Part shown: positions 1-10,102 of the stretch, piece after piece
Position numbering within the stretch: the stretch's first letter is position 1
Layout of the letters: each line of letters begins with the position of its first letter
Assembly: GCF_036321535.1 (NCBI RefSeq)
Contig: NC_087437.1
Location: 55,678,001 to 55,742,000, forward strand
Source: Camelus dromedarius
Taxonomy: Eukaryota
DNA length: 64,000 bases
Reading direction: 5' to 3'
The notes under the pieces: model-generated
Database searches by the model: none
What the model was told of the DNA's origin: nothing
The model's input: only the letters and a program-made list of their open reading frames with translations
Translations under genes and position numbers: made by a program

Positions 1-289
1 CTAAAGTCAGGGAGGAAGCTGGGGCCAGGGCCCAGACTAGAGCTGGGTTAGTAAGTTTCTTTCTGTCACATCGCTGCCTTGTCTAGGACTGCGGCAGCCT
101 TGGAGGGACCGAGCTACCCCACGTCACTGTGGGACTCTGCGGGATGAGTTATGATTGAGCTCTTATGAACTCATTAGCTTTCTGCTTCTGGCCATAATTG
201 AAGATGTGAGACCATAATTTGTCCTTAATAATGAAAAAAAAAAAAGGAGCAATCCACAAGCTCAACAGCGATGAAAAAAAAAAAAAAAG

Positions 290-830
290 AACAAGTTATT
301 GACATACTTAACAACATGGGTATATCTCAAAAACAATATGTTGAGTGTAAAAAACCTACAAGACACAAAAGAACACCTGCTCGATTTATGTGACATTCTA
401 GCACAGTGATGTCCAGCACAGTAGCCACTAGCCACATGGGCTATTTAAATGTAAGTTGACTAAAATTAAATAAAAATTAAAATGTAGTTTCTCAGACAAA
501 TCAGCCATATGTGGCTAGTGGCTACCATGTTAGTATAAATAGAGAACATTTCCTTCATCACAGGAAGTTCTATTGGATAATGCTGTTCTAGAAAACATCT
601 AACACATAATGAAAAAAAAAGACTGTCTAGGGCCAGTGATGAGGAAGGACTAACTGCAAAGGGGAGCATTTGGGGGTAATCAAAATGAGGGGTTTAGGGG
701 GTAATGAAATATTCTCTATCTTGGTTGGGGTGGGGGCTACACAGTATATAATATGTCAAAATCCCTCAAATGGAACAGTTAGAATTAGTGAATTCCATTG
801 CATGCAAATTATATCTAAATGACGTTGGTT
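290..830 (+). mobile_element. Old L1 (L1MC/ME-like) 3' end, interrupted by a MITE
   Basis: Typical L1 3'UTR motifs: caacatgg..atctcaaaaaca..atgttgagtg, gaaatattctctatcttggttggggtgg, aaattatatctaaat. Confidence 0.75.
404..585. mobile_element. hAT-Charlie MITE (MER3/MER33-like)
   Basis: CAG...CTG termini, internal inverted gtagccactagccacat/atgtggctagtggctac, and 8-bp TSD TTCTAGCA (396-403)/TTCTAGAA (586-593). Confidence 0.85.
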
Positions 831-2149
831 CTAAGAAGTCAAGGGCTTTGTGGAAGTTCTTTTTTACCTGCTTATAATAATTAGTAGATCATCTTTACAA
901 AGATAATAAACATGTTATTTGTCCACCGGACCATATTTTGCTAGTCTCTGGAAATACAGAGATGAATCAGATAGCACACCCGCCCTCAAGTTGTTTATGA
1001 TTCAGTACAGGAGATGGGTCTAATGCAAAAATAGTTCAAATTCAGGAAGAAAGAAGCAGGTGCCCTCATAGAATTGAAAATCAAATGACTTAAGACATTA
1101 GAGGTAGGGCAGCTTCCTTTTACCTGGAAGGATGAGAAAAGCTTCCTGTTCTTTGACATATTTGTGAGATGCAGATGTATGCTCGCAGGGTTTAAAAACA
1201 TTCTGGATGGAGGACAAAATGCAACGCAGGGCAGGGGCGCTACCAGAAAACTATGCAACCCAGGAAATAGACCACATGAAGGGGAGCAGTTAAGAAATAA
1301 TTCACATGGATATACATGAGAAGGGTTTTGTGTTTTGAATACCTCAGTTTGGCAAAGTGTACACCTGCGAGGCACTGGAAGGAGAAAGTGTCCTTTTATC
1401 TCACATTATGTCCAGAGTTCCAGGTCTTAAATGCTGCTGTTTCCCTAAGCTTTTTATTTTCTCCTCCTCTTCATGCGAATCAAAAATCTTCACAAACAAC
1501 ACCATTCAAAGTTGTGAGTCATGGTCAGAAAGGCAATTGCTTTCTCCCAGGCTAATGTGTACCTTATTCTATTACAATCTCTGCCTAAAAGACTTAAGGA
1601 AGGTGTTAGAAAAGCCTCTAATTTGCACACCAAAGAAATATTTTATACATTTTTACAGTAACCTGAGCCCCCCGGGTGAAGAGGGATGTAATATAAATAT
1701 AAGTGGCAATTATGATGATTATGGGATAGTTGTCACTTACTTTCCCAGGCGCTGGATGGCTGTGTGCTATTGGTAGGTTGTTGAACCCTAAAGAGTTTGC
1801 TTTTGCCCTTGGTTAGGGTAGCTGTCTGCATTTATTTCCACAATGCAAGAGGAATCAGTATTTTTCATAATTATTTATATAAATTTTTGCCATTTAATAC
1901 CCGTCCCCCTTAGTAAATTTAGGGTTTTTTTTTTTTTAAAAAACAATGACTATTGATGTCAGGGCATACGGTTTAAATGGTCTTCTTTATAAATGGGGCT
2001 AGAAACCTTTTGAAATGAAAAAGATGTAAGGAATATTTGCAAATTAATCCTGTATTTGGGAGTCTAAAGCCCCTGCTGGTGATTTAAAATATTTAGAAGA
2101 GCTCTGCTTATTTCCTAGCAGTAAATAAACAGCAGGCTTGTCCAGAGCG

Positions 2150-2295
2150 CTAGGCCTTGCTACTCAAAGGGTATGCCAGACCAGCAGCCCGGGCATCGCC
2201 TGGGAGCTCACCCCCGACCGACTGAACCAGACCCTGCATTAGCAAGAGTTCCAGGTGACTCACAGGTGCACCCACATTTGAGAAGCACCGCACTA
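2150..2295. mobile_element. MER5A-like hAT MITE, followed by a MIR fragment to about 2380
   Basis: Motifs gctactcaaag..ccagcagc..gcatc.cctgggagct and ccaggtgactc...tttgagaagcac; CTAG-containing flanks. Confidence 0.75.
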
Positions 2296-2449
2296 GAGGT
2301 CATGATCTCACCTCTCGTGGTACAAATGGGAAAAAGCAAGGCACTGAGTGATGGAACAACTTGGCCGTGGTCGAAGGAAACGGAGCATTTTCAATTTAAG
2401 AACGCTGTATACTCCGGTCATCCGTATTTGCCAATAGCAGGGAATAAAG

Positions 2450-3994
2450 CCAAACACTTTAACTCCAATTAACAAATCTATAATTAATTAGTAAAATGAT
2501 CTTCCCTCAAGTTTCCCGTTTTGTAGAACAAGCTGTTTGAATTGGCTGGGGCTCAGGCCGGCATATTTGTGAATTTCACAATTCACAGATGTTAGACACT
2601 CTCAGGCTAAGTAAGGAAGAGAATGTCAGGTTTTAAATAGCTTCTCTTTTCTATCCTGGCTGAAGCAACAAATAAAATATTTTTATGAGATGCATTTTGA
2701 ACCAAAATTTCTCAAAAGGAAATGTCAAATTCCTCTGAAAAGGACTTTAGATTATCTCACAACTTTGACAACTTCTGATGTCACCAGGTTATAGGTGACC
2801 TGTGATTGGGGGGTGAGTGGAGGATGTGAACTTGCCGTGTTAGTGACACTTGGGCACACTTACAGGGTTGTGTTTTGTTTTTTTTTTCTGTTGGAGTCTA
2901 TTTTAATTTAGCTTCTGAATCATATTTCATTCAATTTCCAAATCCACAAAACCAGGATAGGTTTACAGCTTGTATTCATAAAGGAAGTGAATTATTCTGT
3001 ATGTAGACTTTTTTGATACTATATTAATTTTTAGATATACGAAAGACAACAGTTTTTACTCCAAAGTAGCTTGAGCCAAAGCAAAACCAAAACCAGCAAA
3101 AACAATACGACATAAAGAAGAGGGTGAGAGGGACTGAGAGAGAGGAAAATGAAACGTTTTCAGTAACAGACAATTTGAAATAATTTTGTAAGTTTCAAAA
3201 TAGTGTAAAATAGTATATTTTCCACTTTAATATTAGTTTAAGAAATTGTGTGTGTGTGTTTGAGGTAGGATATTTTAAAGCCTCAATAAAGGTTATTCTT
3301 ATTGTTTTTTAATTTAGGGGAGGCAAAACTTCTAAGGGGATGTGAATGGGTATCTCTTTTAGCTGAGACGAAGAGTGAGTTCTAGGTTAAATATAATCAA
3401 GGAATTTCCCTGTCTTTGCTATTTGAGATTGTGACCACAACAGGCGGTTGGCTGAAAGGGAGAATGAAGGGGGGAAAGGGGAGGGTGAAGGTGGAGATGA
3501 AAAAAAAAAAAAAAAAACAGCAAAACAAAACAACTCTCTAAGCAGCTCTGTGAGATATTTAGTTCCAGAAGCAGTTACAGAAGTCGTCAAATCAAATCAG
3601 CATGCAGATCCAAGGGAACATTAATTAGCTGGAGAGGGTGAACACTCATCTGCTCTGCTCTGTTCTGAAAGTCCAGGCTGCTGAAATTAAACTCTGATGC
3701 CATTCATGCCAGCATCCAATCACCAGAGAGACCAGAAGCTCAGAGATGACTCCAAGTTGCCAGCAAGTGTGGCCACTATACGTCAAGGACTCTAAAGCTG
3801 TCGTGGAAGGGAAAGAACAACGTTAGAGAGGATGCCCAGCTGGTAAGATTCAACCGTTTCTGATGTTTTAGTCACTTGATGAATCTCATTGGCTCAAATC
3901 AAGAAACGCTCCGCCTCTTGGCAACTGTGTGTGAAGGGGGGGAATTGTCTACACTTCTATGTCTGATAGCATTTGACCCTATTGCTTTTAGCCT
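2450..3994 (+). promoter_or_regulatory. TP63: TAp63 (P1) promoter and proximal upstream region, not a CpG island
   Basis: No recognisable interspersed repeat immediately 5' of exon 1. Contains a kB site (3401-3410), TAATTA (3622-3627), CRE-like TACGTCAA (3779-3786), E-box CAGCTG (3837-3842) and GC-box-like CTCCGCCTC (3909-3917). Confidence 0.75.
3401..3410 (-). promoter_or_regulatory. NF-kB consensus site GGGAAATTCC
   Basis: GGAATTTCCC on the + strand is a perfect GGGRNWYYCC on the - strand. TAp63 is a reported NF-kB target. Confidence 0.6.
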
Positions 3995-4083
3995 CCTGGC
4001 TCTATATCTACATATACACAGGTAGATGTGTATATGTTATAAAATTGTTCTCCACTTGTTGATATCAAAGAGAGTTGAAGGCA
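3995..4083 (+). other. TP63: TP63 exon 1 5'UTR (5' boundary approximate)
   Basis: Closely resembles the recalled human TAp63 mRNA leader (...TATACACAGGTA..TGTGTATAT...GATATCAAAGA.AGTTGAAGG.AATG). Confidence 0.85.
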
Positions 4084-4145
4084 ATGAATTTTGAAACTTC
4101 ACGGTGTGCCACCCTACGGTACTGTCCCGACCCTTACATCCAGCG
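4084..4145 (+). CDS. TP63: Tumor protein p63, TA/TA* coding exon 1 ([21 protein letters not shown], ends in phase 2)
   Basis: ATG at 4084 translates to a peptide matching the recalled human p63 N-terminus [21 protein letters not shown] at 20/21 residues. It ends at a consensus donor CG|GTGAGT (4145/4146). It is too short for the ORF track. Confidence 0.97.
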
Positions 4146-7100
4146 GTGAGTTTAAACGTGACGTAACTTCTCTCAAAGCTTAATCGGAGTGCCTTGTGTA
4201 TGACGAGTGCTTCTGCCTGGTGCAAAGAGCAACCTCTCCTCATTTATGAGCGCGGTGATGTTATTTTGGACTTTCTGTGGACTTAAAGTGGTCTGTGGGC
4301 ATCTTTTCTAATGTTCTTTTCTAGTTCCTATCCGGATCTACCAAGTGACAAAGTTTGAAGACAGTCTTCCCATGGTTTCTTAAAAAACTTGTCATACCAT
4401 TTTAAGATGTTTAAAATCTGTTACTTGCCTGGCTCAGCCCTCACCCACCCAAGAAGAAGACGTTTCATTGGACAGGGGATGGATTAGCCTGTGGAGGTTC
4501 TTCCTGCCAAAATAAACACAATAATTTTGATGCATCCCTTCCTTAAAAAATAGATAAATAGCCATTGTTATACCAAACAGATTGTGGCTTGTCATTTTGG
4601 CTCTGTGGCATATTTTCTTCTTGATTTGTTTGACAACAAACATCATCTTTTGACAAATCTGACTTTTAAAAACTTACGATGCTACTGAATTTTCTTTCTG
4701 TTTATAGGAAGAAACATTTGCCTAGCACTAAAAGGGGATATTAGGGAGCCTGCACGATGTGTGTGTGTGTGTGTGTGTTTCAAATTAGAGTTGGCTATTT
4801 TTAAACTGGTAAATGAAACGTGAAGAGTGTTTTCCAGTCATAAAGTTATGGGAGAAATTCAGGTCGTTATGTCGTGGTGTGATGTTGTTAATTTAACAGC
4901 ATGAGATCTGACGTTGGAATTTCATACTTTATTTTATAAGACTAATGAGGGAGGTCCTCTGAGTGTTGAAAATGGTGTGGTTCCAAAGGGGTTAACTTGT
5001 CATTCACCACGGGTGCTTGGTAGAGCCTCAGTCCCACAGTGGAGGGGGCTCCCTGGCCAGGGATCACTGTGGAGTTGCCCAGGCAGTTAAGGAAGATGTG
5101 TGATTTTTCATTTGTGAATATGATTTGTCACCATGTAAACATTCATGTGAACTATGGAGACTTAGCTTCTTTTCCTGGGAGGTTTCTGGTGGGCTGTGTG
5201 AGAAAGCCCAAGAGGAAGAGTGAGGTAGAAATGGAAATGGAATGGTGGAGAAAGTAAGACAAGAGAGGGAGAAAAAGGAAAGAAAGAGAGAGAGGAAGCA
5301 TGATTGTGGTCTTCCAGGTTGGAATGCGATGATTTGATTCCTGCCTTGCTGTGTGCCACGGACAGCAATGTTAGCAAAAATGAATGGCTCTGGGCTTGAT
5401 GTTCTTAGATAACTCAAAAATTAGATTTCCTTGCAGTTGGGGAGTGGGTGGATGACGAGCGAAACACTGCAGATTTTCTAGTTCTCAACATTTTTTCCAG
5501 CCTCTAATTTGCCTATTCCAACAAAATCTTGGAAATAAGTATTTCTAAGAGGATAGTTCTGAGGAAACATTCGCTGTGTAATGCTTCTCTGGAGGGCAGC
5601 TTTTTAAAAGTAGGTACTTGGATCTACCTCCGCTCCAGGAGAAACTTTCTTCTATTGACTAGCAACCCACACGTCAATCATGTACACCTCTGTCCAGAGG
5701 TATTTCTAGTGATTGATGAGAGACGCCTGTAAATATGAACACATGAGGAAATTGCTTTTCATAGTGTCTCAACAACCTGTTAATTCATGGAGCAAATATC
5801 TCAGTTTTTGAACAGATGGTAAAATTTAAAATCATACTAGTACTTTCAAAACGCTTTAAATTTTGCTGAATCCCTGAACTTTTATCATGGTGAGTGCCAC
5901 TTTTGGGGGAGACGCAGGGAGCTGTGAGATTGTGGTGCAAGGGTGCTAGGGAACGTTTATTTGCCAAATAAATTGTTTTAGGCAAGATTATGCACTTTTC
6001 ATTTGTCATAAAAACTGAACTGGCAAACAAATTAAAGAAAAATATTTGCTGCTCATCATCTACTCTGAGTAAGGCACTGGAAATACAAAAATGAATAAGG
6101 TATGGCTGTAATGTTCATTTATATAACTCAATAGTCCTTATATATTTAATAACATATATTTTCCTCATATACTTTAACTGTTTCGTCAGCTATTTCAAGG
6201 ACTGAATTCTTGCTGCTTTTCGATTATACCCCTCAGTGAATAAATGAAGGAATGAATAAGTGAAACACCACTATAAGAAAGCTAAGATACTGTACCTTGT
6301 CAAAGCAAGAATTGAATGATATTCTCTTGTATGCCTAAGGAGTGAATGGGTTTGAGCTGGTTTTTCTAAGCAGACAACCCTTGCCGTTCTCAGTTTACAA
6401 AATCTATTTTAAGTAAGACCAAATTTAATCATTCCATAATCATAGTCATCTACATAGTTAAATTTGTCTTTTTCCTGACCTTGTCTTTAGAAAGAAGTCA
6501 TGAAAGGTAGTTATTAAAAAAAACAGAAAGAACAGGATTTCCTATTATTTTTAACTCTAAGCTACCTTAATGCATGAATTTCCTTATATCACAGAATAGA
6601 ATAAATGAGAGATGCTATTACCATTTATTACTGAATGTTAATGCCATTCCCCAAAAGCCAATTTTAATACACATTTCAAAGTGCGATGGTAATCACTCTC
6701 TCAGTTAAAATTGAGATTTCACCCTCTGTTTTTTTTTTTTCCCTTTGCACCTGAACATACTGGCATATTATGCATTTAGTGGTTCTTTGATATGAATGCT
6801 AATTTACTTTAGTATTTGCAAAAAGCTTTTCTGAAAACCAAGAGTCCTTAAACTATAAAGCTTAGATTTCCTCTTTAATGCTTTTGACCATTACAAGAAG
6901 ACAAGGTGGAAAAAAAAATCACAAGTTTTGTCATTTTACTGCTAGCTTAATTTTAACAAAAATAGATGAAAATATCCAAAATCAATAAAGAAGAGCCCAA
7001 GGGTAAGATATCATTTCCTTGTAAATGAAAACTATATACAATGAGTTCTATTTATTTTTTATTGGTAAGTACTCAAAATGAATCTAAAATTTGGCATTTG

Positions 7101-7609
7101 AGAAGTTAAACTTTCGTTAATTTATTGTTTGGGTTATAAATTGGGCCTTCTTGCATCCTTTCATTTTTTAGAATTGACACCTAGTTTTTAACATACATTT
7201 CTTTAACCAAGTAATTCTGAAAGATTAAATTCTTCCAAGTATCGTTTTGCAAGTCAACTAGTTAAAATGATAAAATTGAATCAAGATTAAATTTTGAAAC
7301 ACTGATAGCCGAACGCTAAAAGTAAGAGAAACTAAAACATACGACAATTTGAACCACTTGCAAAATGATTCTGAGTTATTTTTTCAGTCACTCTCTACTC
7401 AGAAGTTTAAACTGTTAAAGCACTGTATGGATGAGTAAGAAGTATTTCCTGTGTAAATTCCATATTGATTGTGAATTTTGTGCTTTAGTAACTTAAAGGT
7501 CAACTTTATTAACTGTGTTTTCTAAATATATCCCCAAAGGACAGGGAGATGGTGACAGTGAACGTACAGAGGAGATGATTTTATTCGTCAAATACAGTCA
7601 CATAAAGGC

Positions 7610-8030
7610 AGATGTAGTTCTGCGTTGAGTGTCCTCCACTTACCCCTCCACACCCACCCTTCATCCTTCTTGTTCTGGACTCCAGGAAGCTGATTTCCAA
7701 AGATTGCCTTAACAGTTCCTTTCTCCTCCAGTTTCCTCTGGGGTTTAACCAGTGGGCACCAGGAGAAGAGGGAACGTGGGTGTATGTTTCCCTGGCCTCC
7801 TCCGCTGGCTTTTCTGCGAAAGGGTCCTGTAGGGGCCCTTAGCCCAGGTCCGGATGTCTTGTGTTCGAGTAACTGCTCTCTACTCTCCCTCTCCTTCAAG
7901 TTGAGGAACTGTAACTATTTCTAGCCACTGCTAACTAGCTGCAAAAAGCCACACCGTATCTCTTCTCCCTTGACAAATAGTCCCTTCATTAAACTCACTC
8001 CAGCTCCTCTTTTTCCAACTGCTCTTTTTC
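7610..8030. mobile_element. ERVL LTR remnant (LTR33-like)
   Basis: Motifs ccaggaagctga, ggggtttaaccagtgggcaccaggaga, gcccttagcccagg and cccttcattaaactc resemble the recalled LTR33 consensus. Confidence 0.55.
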
Positions 8031-9151
8031 CTCCCAGGATAAAAATGAAAAAGGTCCCCAGAGTGTTGTTTATGTGCATATCATAACTTTGGAAAGTGAT
8101 ATAACATACAATAATATAATTTCTGATGTCAGATAAAGGATGGATCCATCCACTTCAATGAGCAAGCCAGTTTTTAATAAGGCTAATCCATGAATTTGAG
8201 CCAGCGCCGTAATCACTAAGTTTGTCTGACTGAAAGGAGTGAGCCGACACGCTGCATTCCCTGTAGGTTGTTTATATCAGCACTTGCAATGAAGCAAGGC
8301 AGAGGGCTGGAAGAATTTGTTCATAAAGAAATATAAAGGTACAATTTATCAACAGGGACTAATGCGGCCACCAGTTATAGTCAAGAAAAAAGCCCTGCCT
8401 CCAGCCCCTGTAATTTTTACAAGAGTACCGTTCTAAAGACCTTTATGACCAACTGTAGTCAGCCCAAATCATGACGTGTTGTAATTCTGTGTGCTGCTCC
8501 TAAGCTGTGAGTGCATTTAAGTGGCAGAGACGCAGGGAGTGTGTCAGCCGGAGGCCCATAGGACTTGTCAAAAGATCTAGATCATGGTCTTAATGCTACC
8601 TCTCATTGATTATGTGACCTTTATGAAATCGCTTAAGCTATCTAAATCAAAATTTCCTCATAAGGTAAGAAGGGATAACAGCTTCTGATCTACCATTCAA
8701 AACTGACACTGAGAATTAAAAATTAACCCAACTGAACTCTGAAATCCATCCCCTTATTGTTTTGCTCAGTTCTACTGTTGTGTGCACAGCACACCGGAGG
8801 CCTGGAGGTCCCTTCCCAACAGCACTGTGTCCTCACACAGGCATGCCTTAAGTTCCATTTTGCTCTACATCACCTTTAAATTAAGAACAAAGGTCATGAT
8901 GAGTCTTGACCTGATCCTGACTTGTCTCTCTCAGTGCTTTTACTTTAGAATTGAGAAATCTAAATCACAGAGAGGTCAAGTGATTTGCCCCAAATCTCAC
9001 ACACACAAACACATTAGCAGAACCAAGTCTAAAATTCAAGGCTCTTCCCTGTTCAATGCCATTTCTGCCACAGAACATAACATTTTGTGAGCTCTGTATA
9101 GAGCTTTACAGTGTGCCCACCACAGTATGTAGCTGACCCACCAGGGCAGGC

Positions 9152-10102
9152 TGTGGCAGGCAGCATAGTGATCTCTAAAGGTAGCCGTGTGTTAATGTCC
9201 CAAGCTTGTGACAATGGTATCTTACACAGCAAAGGGTAATTAGGTTGCAGATGGAAATAAGGATGCTAATCAGCTGACCTTGAGATAGGTAGATTATTGT
9301 GGATTATCCATGTGGGTCCAGCGTAATGGCAAGAGTCCTTAAAAGTGGAAGTGGCAGGTAGAAAAAGAGTCAGAGTGATGTCATGTGAGAAAAGACTCAA
9401 CAGATTTTGAAGATGGAAGGGGACCATGAGCCAGGGAAGGCTGGCAGCCTCTAGAGGCTGGAAAAGGCAAGGACACAGATTTTCCTTTCCAGCCTCTGGA
9501 AGGAATGCAGTCCTTCTAACACCTTGATTTCAGCCCAGTGAGATCTGTATCAGCCTTCTGACCTACAGAACTGTGAGATAATAATCTGGGTTTGTAAATG
9601 AGCAGGACTTGTGGGGACTTCCAGGGTCAGACCCCTCCCCTATATGCTCTGCTGTAGCTCGTCTCTGAAGTACTCAGATAATAGTATCTCGTGTATATTT
9701 CCTGAGTTTTTCAGATGCCTAAACCACCACCAAAGGGAAGAAATTAACTACTTGACCTTCTAGCACCTGGTGGTTGATAGGGTTGACCTCCGTGTTACCT
9801 CAACATCAACCAATCAGAGAACTGTGCACAAGCTGATCGTGTACCCTGCAACCCGCTCCCTCACCTGCCCTTTAAATATGCTTTGCTGAAACACCCCGGG
9901 GAGGTCGAGGTTTTCCTGGGCATGAGCCACCCCATCCTCCTTGCTTGGCCCTGCAATAAAAGTTTCTCTGCTCCAGACTCTGACATTTCAGTTTGTTTGG
10001 CCTCATGGTGAGGCAGGCACATGAACTTGCCTTTGGTAACAGGTTGATTGAAGCCACAAGTTTGGGGTAATTTGTTACAGCAGCAAAAGGAAACTAATTT
10101 AC
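9152..10102 (+). mobile_element. MaLR solo LTR (MLT1D-like), split by a younger LTR
   Basis: Motifs tgtggcaggcag, gctaatcagctgaccttgagat, gctggaaaaggcaagga, ttctgacctacagaactgtgagataata and ggtaatttgttacagcagcaa..ggaaactaat; 5-bp TSD CAGGC/CAGGT. Confidence 0.9.
9593..10041 (+). mobile_element. ERV1-type solo LTR, 449 bp, apparently full length
   Basis: TGTAA...TAACA termini, perfect 4-bp TSD GGTT (9589-9592/10042-10045), CCAAT 9810-9814, TTTAAATA 9871-9878 and AATAAA 9955-9960. Confidence 0.9.

Noticed and set aside
4037..4243. 68-aa ORF antisense to TP63 exon 1
   Set aside because: No recognisable protein; the + strand frame explains the sequence.
3900..4260. CpG island at the TA promoter
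   Set aside because: Only modest CpG enrichment in AT-rich sequence.
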